Shown here: piece by piece, positions 26,934 to 39,009 of the stretch
Position numbering within the stretch: position 1 is the stretch's first letter
How the letters are laid out: each line of letters opens with the position of its first letter
From: Octopus vulgaris
Lineage: Eukaryota
Length of the DNA stretch: 64,000 bases
Direction: 5' to 3'
NCBI GenBank assembly: GCA_951406725.2
Contig: OX597833.1
Location: forward strand, 69,378,001 to 69,442,000
Notes under the pieces: generated by a model
What the model was told of the DNA's origin: nothing
What the model saw: only the letters and a program-made list of their open reading frames with translations
Databases searched by the model: none
Made by a program: the position numbers and the translations under genes

Positions 26934-28158
26934 TATATCTACGTATTGGGCTAGTCTACTTCATCGTCTGGGGGCGTCCACACAACAAATAGGTTTTAAA
27001 GTATTATAGGCGGATATTTTATATTTGTGTTGCTAATTGTGAGAAGGGTGAGTATTGTAAATATTATAAACCATTCTATGCAATTTGTCATTTACCTGCT
27101 TTGAAAGACTTTTAATAAATATTTACCTTTAGTTACTCTCCAATTTTGAAGTTATATTTCTCGAAACTTCCAGTGAGTTCAGTATTATTTGAGCAACAAC
27201 TTGTCTCGCAACTGAACTAGGAATCAATTAGCATTTCGTAAACGAATTCTTTTAACCAGAAGTATATTCCACTTAATGTTTTTCAGCAAATTTTCTGTGA
27301 TGCTTGTTAGAAGGATACTGTGTTTTTGTACCTATGATTTTTTTTCTTGTTTGTTTGTAGAGAAGACTTTAAGATAAATGTTCATATTCTGTAGTTATGC
27401 TTACGGTGTAGAGAGGACTAACGCTACTCAAAGACGTGTGCAATAACAAATTTAACAGAAACCAAACAAAACTTGAAAAAAAATTGTATGTAAATCTATT
27501 CGAAAATGAAGCAATGCAAAAATATAGATGAATAAGTATACGTATGTACTTGTATGTCAGTAAGTGAGAGAGGATGTGTATTACTGTGAGTCCACATCTG
27601 TAAGTATGTAAATGTGTAGTTTGCTGGAAATAAACATCCCACGTGAATATATTCTTTCCTATATTTATTTTTACTGAATTTTAGTTTTTTTTTTCCTTTA
27701 AAATAAGTGTTTTCTTTGGAATATACATAGTGATCTTCAATTTTTGAATAAATGTACTTGTTAACCATTAGCTCTCAAACCCAATGGGCATATAATGATA
27801 TATAGATGTAGATCTGCATAACCTTCAAGAACGGCATTAAAACAAATATATGCAGTCACATGTGCAGACATAGCAGTGCTCAAAATAAATATGCAACCTT
27901 ACAGAGGTATGCAAAGATTAAACAGGTTAATGACGTACCTAAGCACGAGAAACTTAAATTAAATAAGGTGTAAATACGCAGCGGACGAAAAGGATTCGCA
28001 AGAACAATGAGAGAAATGTGTGGAGTGGAGCTGTTTGATAAGAGGAGGACTGATGATTCGATGGGGATGCCGGGGATGGAGGAATCGGTGGAACGGGTGA
28101 ATGCAATGGCAAGGGGGAATGGAGCGCGCTGGTATGGGTATGTGGTGAGGAAGGATAA

Positions 28159-28343
28159 GGCGGCGAGCTGAAAGAAACATTAGCACGCCGGGGCTAAATT
28201 TGTCCCCCCAACATCGCTTGGCAATCGATGCTGGCGTGTTTACGTCCCCGTAGCTTAGATAAACGTTCTGAGTTCAAATTCCGCCGAGGTTGACTTTGCC
28301 TTTCATCCTTTCGGGATCGATAAATTAAGTACCAGTTACGCAC
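28159..28343 (+). mobile_element. Chimeric SINE: family A with a ~60-bp family B segment inside its head
   Basis: A head at 28159-28198, then TTTGTCCCCCCAACATCGCTTGGCAATCGATGCTGGCGTGTTTACGTCCCCGTAGCTTAG (family B), then the A body resumes at ACGTTCTGAGTTCAAATTCCGCCGAGG. Confidence 0.8.
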
Positions 28344-28980
28344 ATTTCACGTCTTCTACCATTTACACTTATCTAAGAATTTGAACTCCGCAGAATTACA
28401 TCGACCCCAGTGTCACCCGATCTAGGAATCGAAATGACAGTCTTATGACCGTAAGTGCAACACCCGCTTCTAATTAATATGTGTGTGTGTTTGTGTGTGT
28501 TTGTGCGTGTACGTGTGTGTGGCTGTAGGTGTGTATGAGTGTGTTCAGTTAATGAGATAAAATCTCAAATACAATACAATGTGGGATACATTTTTATTGC
28601 TTTCCGATAACAATATTTCAATATATATATATATATCCATTTGTTTGTTTTTATTCTTTATTTTGAAAATGCCATTAGAATGAATATTTAGAAAAGTCGA
28701 TTTCGCGATATGCTCATTGTGGATTAGGGAAAATTGCGTTTAAGCAATTTGTAATTGAAACTACTGCAATAATTATGTGGGATAAGTGTCTAATTATTCT
28801 CCAGTAAAAAGAAAAAAAATATATTTCCAATCTCATTGTAAATTCGTTGATATGCTTGTGTGACGCGTCGTCTCTTGTTCTGAGTATTCTTGCTATGACC
28901 ATCTCGCCTTGTTCGAGCCTTCCATTGAGAAACTGGAAATTTTATATATCGCTTGTCTGTTGATAGTGTTTCTATTTAAA

Positions 28981-29192
28981 GGAGGCGAGCTAGCAGAATT
29001 GTTAGCACGCCGGGCATAATGCTTAGCAGTATTTCGTCTGCCGTTATGTTCTAAGTTCAAATTCTACCGAGGTCGACTTTGCCTTTCATCCTTCCGGGGT
29101 CGATAAATTAAGTACCAGCTGTTTACTGGATTCGATCTAATCGACTGCCCCCCTCCCCAAAAATTTCGGGCCTTGTACCTAGAGTAGAAAAG
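28981..29192 (+). mobile_element. SINE family A (alternative tail ...GGGCCTTGTACCTAGAGTAGAAAAG) with a 17-bp TSD
   Basis: GATAGTGTTTCTATTTA (28962-28978) versus GATATTGTTTCTATTTA (29193-29209). Confidence 0.93.
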
Positions 29193-30070
29193 GATATTGT
29201 TTCTATTTACAAGGATGTGTAAGGTCTCCCACATCCAATGACACTTCAGTTATACTCTATGTGTGAATTAATTAGAAGTCGCAAAAACTTATTTAAAAAA
29301 ATGTAACCTAAAACAGACCAGGGACATTAGCCGGTGTTATTTTAACACAGTGGATTAACATAGAGAGTTCAATAGCTTAATTTAGGCGATGAAGTAAACC
29401 TACCGCCCAACAAGAACGAACAGTTAAATTTACATACAGGCCGATTCTATCTTCGAAATTTCCTTTTTGAAACTATATCAATGAATGCCGTGCTGTTAGA
29501 CACTCGCCCAATGGGGATTTTGAACGTGACACTGCGCTATTTCGAAGCGGATTTATTAGCAACACAGTACTGCGTCCACTATTGTGATATCAAACTATAT
29601 CTATAAACAGCTTTTGCTGTTTTAAACGCAGTCGTAGTATTCTAATAAGTTTTTAAATTTCAAGATGTATTTTACAAGATATGAATTATATGCGAAAACT
29701 GATCTGGTGATTCTCTACCCCAGACGAAGTCTCTTTATCTGCTTTATACACATATATTGTACCACAGCAATACGTCACCGATAAAGCTTTGTGCGGTTTC
29801 TTGGCCTGCTGGAAATAGCAGCTTGTTCACCTTCAGATGTTTTCCCACTCTCTGAATAGAAGAAACATAGATTTACGGCATAATGTATAAATAATGTGGG
29901 AACAGCAAAACATGAAATTTTAAGGTTTGGTCATTTTCAACCATGATATTTCCTCATCAGACTGACCTCAAGATGACCAGTACTGATCCCGACGATGACA
30001 GCTGCATTAACATTAAGAATAAAAATAATAACAGAACTGTGAATTAATAAAACGGTGATATATACTATAT

Positions 30071-30301
30071 ATTTCTTTACTACCCACAAGGGGCTAAACA
30101 CAGAGGGGACAAACAAGGACAGGCAAACGGATTAAGTCGATTATATCGACCCCAGTGCGTGACTGGTACTTAATTTATCGACCCCGAAAGGATGAAAGGC
30201 AAAGTCGACCTCGGCGGAATTTGAACTCGGAACGTAACGATAGACGAAATACGGCTACGCATTTCGTCCGGCGTGCTAACGTTTCTGCCACCTCGCCGCC
30301 T
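30071..30301 (-). mobile_element. Full-length SINE family A (long tail) with a 19-bp TSD
   Basis: ACGGTGATATATACTATAT (30052-30070) versus ACGGTGATAAATACTATAT (30302-30320). Near-consensus body. Confidence 0.95.
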
Positions 30302-32206
30302 ACGGTGATAAATACTATATTGTATCCTCTCTACCCATGTCTTCGAGCTCTAGTGTAAAGTTGTACCTAAGACTGTGCACCTAATAAACAGTATTTATCA
30401 ATTGTTTTCTATAATTACTATAGTCAATTAGCACTTAAAGTAACGAGTATTAGTACGGAAAAATTAGCATTCAGAATTATTGCCTAAGCACTAATAACTC
30501 TTTTATGAACAATTAGTGCCAACAATGACTATTTAACGATTAGTAGATTTTGTAATGATTTTTATTGTAATTCTCCTTGATCAGAGATAAACTGGATTTA
30601 AACAGCAACAACAACAACAATGTGACCTCTTCTGGGTGCCTAACGAATGGCTTAAATATGACGATCATGGCGACAACTGCGACTATTGTCTGATCTCCAA
30701 CTGTCTTTGCTAAATGTGATTTAGGCTTCGTAGACCGTAAATTATTATATTTCAAACAGCATGGCCATTACTGATGCTGTTATATTGATATTGAATGTGA
30801 TGGTATACATTATCGTAAATATAGCACTATGGACATTTATGCTATCAGATAAATAACCATTATTTAGGAGACATAAAGTATTTTAAGCTAATGAGAAATG
30901 CACTGTCAATTTGTAATCGTCGTACACACACATATGAAAGCTATATCGATTTATTCATTATAGTATTAAATAAATGAAAGAAACTGGGACGCATGAATGG
31001 TTGGATAATTTTCAATACCACACACTGAGCATCATTTGCCAATTTAGTTTATTATTAATATTGGAAGAAAATCTACTTCATGTTGAGCAGCGATAGCATC
31101 AGTAATATGTAGTGTAAATCACTTCCAAGCGGCATGGCGTCGTTAAGTCGGCATCCTTGTTAGGAGAGGAAATGATATCATCTTATATAAAGACTAACTT
31201 TAAATTACGTTCAGTTTCCTTTCAAAAGAAATTAATTAACAAACACAGCAATAATATTCAGACATTCATTTCGTAATCTTTTATGGCATTTTATTTCTTG
31301 CAAGATTTGTGCACTTCTTCTGTATATTTCATAGTTCTGATCAGTTTAAATCGAAACTCATTAATGTCAAATGATTTAGAAGACACGGGAAATAATTTGT
31401 GTTCACATGAGAGGAATTCATACAATTTGTTATCATTGAGTTTGTAACTAATATGTACATAATCCAGCGAGGAAAAATCTAGAGAATCTAGGTTACCGCC
31501 TTCTCTTCTAGAAATAGCAGTCAAATATTAGCATGATAATTCTCCAATACACTTGCTATCAAACGAGCATTAATGGTTAAGAGATACTAAAACGATGACC
31601 GTATAAAAAATATCTTAGCGATTGAACACTTTTCTGCCAGATCTACGCTAAGGGTTAAGCTAAGATTTTCTTTATCCCATAGGATACGCCATACTCATTT
31701 AAACGTACTAGATGTTAAGCTATTTACATTAGAGAGAGGGAAACATTCTAAGTGTTGTGAAGAGCAAGATACCTTCGCATTTAGCAGAAAATAATTATTT
31801 CGTTGAGCAGAAAAAAAACTAATTCTAAGGCAATGCATTAATAAAGTGTAGTGTCATCAATTAAGAAAGAGGACAGAAAAGTAAATTTAAATATAGATCA
31901 GCGACATTGGCAACGTTATTTTTTTAAATAGTAGTGTGCGTTTGTGTGTGCGTGCGTGTCTGTGTGCGCGTTTGTGTATATGTATGCGCATGTGTGTGGG
32001 GCGCGCGTGCGTAAATGTGTGTGTGGGAGGGTTTGTTTCATAATTTATTGACGTTCTGTTGAATTTAGAGATATAATCACATTCGAAAATGTTTTAAGAC
32101 ACCAACAATTATCCCAAATAATTATGAACAACTTGAAATTTTCGGAAGCGTTTTAATGTTCAAAGGAATAAAAAAAATTTGATATTTTTTTCTTAATACA
32201 ACATTG

Positions 32207-32990
32207 TGAGCTGGCAGAAATGTTAGCACGCCGGGCGAAATGCGTAACCGTATTTCGTATTTCGTCTGACGTTCTGAGTTCAAATTCCGCCGAGGTCGAC
32301 TTTGCCTTTCATCCTTTCGAGATCGATAAATTAAGTACCAGTTATGCACTGGGGTCGATGTAATCAACTTAATCGGTTTGTCTGTCCTTGTTTGTCCCCC
32401 CTATGTTTATCCCCTTCTGGGCAATAAAGAAATAAGAAAAGTTAGCACGCAGGGCGAAATGCTTAGCGGTATTTCGTCTGCCGTTACGTTCTGAGTTCAA
32501 ATTCCACTGAGGTCGACTTTGCCTTTCATCCTTTCGGGATCGATAAATTAAGTACCAGTTACGCACTGGGGTCGATGTAATCGACTTAATACCTATGTCT
32601 GTCCTTGTTTGTCCCCTCTGTGTTTAGCCCCTTGTGGGTAATAAAGAAATAGAAATAGGTATTTCGTCTGCCGTTACGTTCTGAGTTCAAATTTCACTGA
32701 GGTAGGCTTTGCCTTTCATCCTTTCGGGATCGATAAATTAAGTACCAGTTACGCACCGGGGTCGATATAATCGACTTAATCCGTTTGTCTGTCAGAATCA
32801 TTATCAAGTCTGGCAAAATATTTAGCTGTATTTCGTCCGTCTTCATGTTCTGAGTTCAAATTCTGCATAGGTCCACTTTGTACATCCTTCCAGGAGTCGA
32901 TGAAATAAGTACCAGTTGTGCAATGGGGTCGATGTAATTGACTTACCCCGCTCCGTATATTGTTATCGTTGAGACAAAATTTGAAATTAA
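32207..32990 (+). mobile_element. SINE family A concatemer, about 4 units
   Basis: Units start at about 32207, 32436 (AAATAAGAAAAGTTAGCACGC), 32657 (AAATAGGTATTTCGTC) and 32793 (older, short-tail unit). Confidence 0.92.
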
Positions 32991-33144
32991 TATCAATTAT
33001 GTTTTAGCAGGGACCAAACCGAAGGATTCTTAAATCTATGTCCTCCGGAAGAAAAATTTTAGAAAGCAATTTCTGAATGCTTATAACGAAATATTTTATG
33101 TCTGTAGTGGATGCTCGCAAGGTGAGCTACGCTAAAATTCAACA

Positions 33145-33560
33145 GGCCCAAGAGTGGCTGTGTGGTAAGTAGCTTGCTAACCAACCACATGGTTCCGGGT
33201 TCAGTCCCACTGCGTGACAACTTGGGCAAGTGTCTTCTGCTATAGCACCGGGCCGACCAATGCCTTGTGAGTGGATTTGGTAGACGGAAACTGAAAGAAG
33301 CCTGTCGTATATATGTATATATATGTATATATGTGTGTGTGCTTGTGTGTCTGTGTTTGTCCCCCTAGCATTGCTTGACAACCGATGCTGGTGTGTTTAC
33401 GTCCCCGTAACTTAGCGGTTCGGCAAAAGAGACGGATAGAATAAGTACTGGGCTTACAAAAGAATAAGTCCCGGCTCGAGTTGCTCGATTAAAAGGCGGT
33501 GCTCCAGCATGGCCGCAGTCAAATTACTGAAACAACTAAATGAGTAAAAGAGTAAAAGAG
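33145..33560 (+). mobile_element. Full-length SINE family B (CORE-like, internal TA/TG microsatellite, GAGTAAAA tail)
   Basis: GTGGCTGTGTGGTAAG (A box), GGGTTCAGTCCC (B box), CTTGGGCAAGTG, 3' GCTCCAGCATGGCCGCAGTC and GAGTAAAA repeats. Matches 43831-44254 and 60118-60524. Confidence 0.95.
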
Positions 33561-33983
33561 TTAGGTTTAGAGTCTCTAACATCCAAAGCTTGATAGTTAG
33601 GTTACGTATGCGCATCACCAAATTTATTTGTAACACACTCGCAGCAAATACACCACATTATATTATAGCACACTAGCTATCTGGCACATACGCATCACCC
33701 AATACTTTTACTACGAGCAAAAAAAGACAAAAAAAAAAACAAACAGATATATTTCACAACAAAGACAAGCAAAAAAATTAATGCAACACACGTCGCTTCG
33801 AAGCAAACAATCCAACGCAGCTAATTAGATGGAAAGCATGCACATCCAGGAATTTAATAACTTCACACACGATGGGAACTGAAGTGTGCACTTGCTGACA
33901 CACACGATAATGTACCTGGAATTACTTTCTTTTTTTTTGCCCTTTTAAATGCAATAATAGTAACATGAAGAATTGTAGGAGAA

Positions 33984-34016
33984 GTAGTAGTAGTAGTAGT
34001 AATAATAATGATAATA

Positions 34017-34107
<91 letters not shown>

Positions 34108-34112
34108 TAATA

Positions 34113-34206
<94 letters not shown>

Positions 34207-34276
34207 TAATAATAGTAATAATAATATTAATAATGATAATAATAATAATCATAGTAATAATAAAAATAAAAATATT

Positions 34277-34311
<35 letters not shown>

Positions 34312-34333
34312 TAATAATAAAATAATAATAATG

Positions 34334-34396
<63 letters not shown>

Positions 34397-34507
34397 TAAT
34401 AATAATAATAATAACAATAATAATAATAATAATAATAAAAATAAAAATATTTATTATAATAATAATAATAGTAATAATAAAAAATAAAATAATAATAATA
34501 TAATAAC

Positions 34508-34539
<32 letters not shown>

Positions 34540-34716
34540 TGATAATAATAAGAAGAATGAAAATAAAAATAATAATAATAATAGTAATAATAAAAATTAA
34601 AAATAACATAAGAGTAAAATAATAATAATAATAATGAAAATAATAATAATCATAATAATAATGTTCACTATTATTATTATTATTATTATTATAATTATTA
34701 TTGTTATTATTATTAC

Positions 34717-34765
<49 letters not shown>

Positions 34766-34786
34766 GTTATTATTATTACTATTATT
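33984..34786. repeat. ~800-bp (TAA)n array that flips to (TTA)n at about 34665
   Basis: Directly visible; the switch occurs at ...AATAATAATGTTCACTATTATT... Confidence 0.96.
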
Positions 34787-35161
34787 CAGTAGTCTTACTT
34801 TTATCACGTGCTTTAACCGCGCTACCGAGCGCAGCTCTGTGTGCCTTGGGTATGTGCTGTGGTTTTTTTGTGGTGCTCTTATTTTCACTGTATTTAATGG
34901 TTGTGTGCGGTGCATAGTAGGGCTATTGTTTTTTGGGGATGTTATATATACTTGTTAGTCCTGTTTTTTTCATTATGTATTTGTCTGAATGTTTTTTTTT
35001 ATCATACCTAATGCGCCTACTATAATAGGAATTGTTTCTGTTTTTTAGCTCCGCATTCGACTTACCTCTACTTCCAGGTCTTTGCTTCTTTTAGAGAAAC
35101 GTTGTCATCTGTGGGTATTGATACATCGATTACAAAGCATTTTTTCTCGATGAACTCTATC
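34787..35161 (-). mobile_element. 5'-truncated RLE-type (R4/Dong-like) non-LTR retrotransposon
   Basis: Minus strand: EKKCFVIDVSIPTDDNVSLKEA / DLEVEVSRM..KTETIPIIVGALGMIKK, an RLE endonuclease domain with frameshifts. A 3'UTR follows, with (AAT)n on both sides. Confidence 0.88.
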
Positions 35162-35380
35162 ATTATTATTATTATTATTATTGTTATTATCATTGTTCTT
35201 GTTGTTGGTGTTGTCGTTGTTGTTATTATTATTATTGTTGTTGTTGTTGGTGGTGGTGGTGGTGTAATTGTTATTATTATTATTATTATTGTTATTATTA
35301 TTTTTGTCATTATAATTATTATCATTATTATTATTATTATCATCATTATTATTATTGTTATTGTTGTTGTTGTTGTTGTA

Positions 35381-35445
35381 GGTGTGAGGAGTCACTCGAC
35401 AAGAAATGGAAACAGAATTGAGAGATGCTAATGAAAATATCGATA
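35381..35445 (+). mobile_element. Short 3'-end stub related to the RLE element at 762-1032
   Basis: CACTCGACAAGAAATGGAAACAGAATTGAGAGA versus CACTCGGCAAGAAATGGAAGCAAATTTGAAAGA (reverse complement of about 770-805). (AAT)n follows. Confidence 0.55.
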
Positions 35446-35459
35446 ATAATAATAATAAT

Positions 35460-35785
35460 GCCCTGATGCAGTACCAGACAGTGGCTCTCGTGGCCTCTGA
35501 TCTTAGCTGATTGGAAGTGTTATCATGTACGTTGTTTTGCCTTGGTATAAAAGATGCGCTGCAGCAAATATTCTGCTCAATACCACAGATTTGCTTGTCA
35601 GTTGTTTGATCTTAACTAGTTGAGCAAGTTACTTGGTGGCTTACTATATGTGCATCTGTGATCATGAGCAGAAATAGTGGGGGAGCATCATAGCCATGTG
35701 TTCAGAAGAATTCTTTGGGGTTTGAATAATACACCTTTGGAAACATGGGTGCTTCTTTCAACATCCTTAAACAAACCTTATTCAG
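35460..35785. mobile_element. Unclassified interspersed repeat (family E) adjoining (AAT)n
   Basis: High similarity to 56355-56585: GTGTTATCATGTAC.TTGTTTTG...CAATACCACAGATTTGC...GGGGAGCATCATAGCCATGTGTT. Confidence 0.8.
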
Positions 35786-36496
35786 AGTTTTTCTTATTTT
35801 CTTATGCTCTTACTGTCCAGAGTTCTGGTTTTTAAAACATATATACAATGAAAAACAGAGATTGATAGAATGCTTTAAATTGTATGGCATACTTTAAAAT
35901 ATGCCTGTTAAACTATCATCACAGCCTGAAAATATTAGTTGCTCTTTCAATTGTTTATTTAATTTGATATGTGTGTGTCTGTGTGTATGTGTGTGCGTCT
36001 TTGTGTGTGTGTGTGTACTTATATAAATCAGAAAACAGAATGAACAATATTCTTTATTTAAAATCAGAAGGGTCGTTTTGGCAATTTTTACACCAGGCAG
36101 TAAAGTAAGTTGGTCAGATGATACAATTAGTAAATTAGTTTCTGTTGTTTATCTGTTTATATAAACTCCGTAGATATGATGGAATTGCTAGTGTGTATAC
36201 AGTAGCAAGCGCATTTCCATTCTATGATGACATCTGGTGGATAAATTTTGTGGATAAATTTTGCATAGCAAAATTTAATGTTTTCAGCGAAATATTATTT
36301 GACATTAAATCATATATACATACATACTTACATACATACATACATACATATATATATACATACATATACACATATATACATATATGTATATATGTGTATA
36401 TGTATATATAAATATATATATATACATATATATAAACATATATATAGAGAGAGAGAGAGAAAGAGGGAGAGAGAGGAGGAATGAGTGAGAAAGAGA

Positions 36497-36606
36497 AAGC
36501 GGATGTATAAATATAGAAAATATATGCCAGCTGATTAAGAGTTCGATAACTAACAACCTGTAAATAACCAAAGCATTGTTACGTTGCACTATATGCAATT
36601 TTTGCT

Positions 36607-36687
<81 letters not shown>

Positions 36688-36997
36688 CATAGATGCCGCA
36701 AAGAATATTGTATTTACTGGATACTTACAGGTTGTTATTTATCGAACTCTTAATCAGCTTGGATTTATTTTCCATATTTATACATCCGTTTGTGACCGCG
36801 TGTTTATCGTTGGCGATTTTTTCCCTCTGTCTTACCTTCTCTGGATCTTTCCTTCTCCTATGTTTCCAACGAAGAACTCCGCTCGAAGCGTTAAACCCTC
36901 CTTCTTTCCTTCTTTCCTGAGCGTCCAATAATACCATATTTGTTCCACGCCCTCGCGTTGTTGTGTTTTCTCTTTCTGTTTTCATGTTTGGATTAAC
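36497..36997 (+). mobile_element. Penelope-like 3' end/pseudo-LTR (36691-36997) with an upstream inverted partial copy (36497-36612)
   Basis: TTACAGGTTGTTA.TTATCGAACTCTTAATCAGCT...ATATTTATACATCCG is present in both orientations around a CT/TA microsatellite. A degenerate hammerhead GTTT-CCAACGA-A-GAAC(TCC)GCTC-GAAGC-GTT-AAAC lies at 36862-36896. The element ends in (TA)n. Confidence 0.7.
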
Positions 36998-37001
36998 TAT
37001 A

Positions 37002-37074
<73 letters not shown>

Positions 37075-37076
37075 GG

Positions 37077-37077
<1 letters not shown>

Positions 37078-37116
<39 letters not shown>

Positions 37117-37184
37117 TAGATAGATAGATAGATAGATAGATAGTAGATAGATAGATAGATAAATAGATAGACAGACAGACAGAC

Positions 37185-37247
<63 letters not shown>

Positions 37248-37322
37248 CAGACAGATACACATATAGATAGATAGATAGATAGATACATACATACATACAT
37301 ACATATACAGACAGACAGACAC

Positions 37323-37365
<43 letters not shown>

Positions 37366-37414
37366 TATGATAGATAGATAGATAGATAGATAGATGAGAG
37401 ATAGATAGATAGAT

Positions 37415-37471
<57 letters not shown>

Positions 37472-37522
37472 CGAGATAGATAGATAAATTGATTGATAGA
37501 TAGATAGATAGATAGGTAAACT

Positions 37523-37614
<92 letters not shown>

Positions 37615-37615
37615 T
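37078..37615. repeat. (GATA)n/(GACA)n array
   Basis: Directly visible. Confidence 0.96.
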
Positions 37616-38085
37616 GGGTATATGCAGTCATATATGTATATACCTCGTTGGAGAGGTCAGCATAAGTGAGAAACAGACCATACTTATCATATTTGAGGAA
37701 ATACTTAACAAAAAATTAGACATTAATTAATATTGATTTCTTCTCGGAGCATAATTATTTCTTGCCAGGTTTTCAGTATTCTCATCACATTGGATATCTT
37801 TACACTAAATTAACTATTGATTTTCCTGTGGCTGACATACGCGAGGTAATTATTCTCAAAACAATTGAATTTCATACCAACACCAATTTTTATACATTCA
37901 CAAAGAGTTACAGATATCGGTAGATCGCCGAGTGCCATCCAGATTAGGTTTTGATGTCCATAATTATACGAAGACCATTGGTGAATTAGTCACGTCAGGT
38001 AATCCAGGAAGTGATAATGTTACCTATTTACCAATCGTGATGCCGGAAGAAAAAGGTCCCCGCTTCACGATTCTAGTTTGTATAT

Positions 38086-38421
38086 ATCCTTATGAGAGCT
38101 CAAAATCTCTCGTGGAAGCGCCATCCAACCAAAATGCAAATATATGGGAAATTACCACCTGTGTCATCTCTTGTGAAAGGTAGGAGATTCCAGTTTGCTG
38201 GACATTGTTGTAGAGCTGAAAAAGAAGTAATTTCTACTCTTCTCCTCTGGAAGCCATCTACTCGCAACACCAGAGGGCGCACACTCACCTACCCTGATGT
38301 AATCTCCAGGGATACAGGCATCCAGCAACAGGACCTCCGTAATGCTATGATGGACCGTGAAGTCTGGTGTAACATAGTAAATTCCATTGTCTCGACCACG
38401 GTCGAACAATGATGATGATGA
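38086..38421 (+). mobile_element. 5'-truncated RTE-clade LINE (ORF C-terminus, (TGA)n tail)
   Basis: Open frame LMRAQNLSWKRHPTKMQIYGKLPPVSSLVKGRRFQFAGHCCRAE...RGRTLTYPDVISRDTG...MMDREVW*. A (TGA)n tail follows, with a possible TSD TTGTATAT at 38078-38085 and 38422-38429. Confidence 0.9.
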
Positions 38422-38744
38422 TTGTATATGACTATGGACACTGTAAATATATTAGAATTATATCTGTAGTCATTTTATCATGTGTAGGATATCTTAAAGT
38501 TATAGTTGAAGCAATAAACAACGTTTATCTCTGTTTTATTTGAAACGATGTATTCGAAATATATTCAGAAAGTTTTCCCTTACAATCATTTCGTTATTAT
38601 GATCAAATATCTAACGCTGATGAAATAAGCATCAACTCCAGTACAAAGACTGATTTAAGGGTATGCAAAGCTCAGTTGTATAGTATTTTTATGCTCCTAA
38701 AGATCAGAATGAAATGTAAGGGCTTACGAATTTCCTATACACTA

Positions 38745-38885
38745 CCTGACGTTACATTCTGAGTTCAAATGCCGCCGTGGCCGACTTTGCCTTTCATCCT
38801 TTCGAAGTCGATAACGTAAGTACCAGTGAAACACTGGGGTCGATGAAATCGACTAGTCCCTGCCCCACCAATTTCTGGCCTTGGA
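38745..38885 (+). mobile_element. Partial SINE family A
   Basis: CGTTACATTCTGAGTTCAAATGCCGCC...GACTTTGCCTTTCATCCTTTCG..GTCGATAA...CTGGGGTCGATG. Confidence 0.85.
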
Positions 38886-39009
38886 TTATTCCGCAATCTC
38901 GCTTCCGTCTTCTGCTTCTTCTTTATTATTTACATATATATCCGTAGCACATTTTCATCGAGCAAAATTTACATAGACCGCTAACATCTAACTGAATGTA
39001 CAACGGTAT

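Noticed and set aside
29940-29965. Minus-strand CTGATGAGGAAA, and CTGATGA at about 38617
   Set aside because: No stem II or stem III context, so these are chance matches to the hammerhead core.
29790-29990. Possible very old interspersed repeat (GAAATAGCAG / ATCTCCCTCAAA motifs, also near 31510, 42450 and 59900)
   Set aside because: Similarity is too patchy to define boundaries or a family by eye.
32207-32990. Repeat array superficially like CRISPR or a satellite
   Set aside because: The units are ~190-220-bp SINE bodies with no unique spacers.
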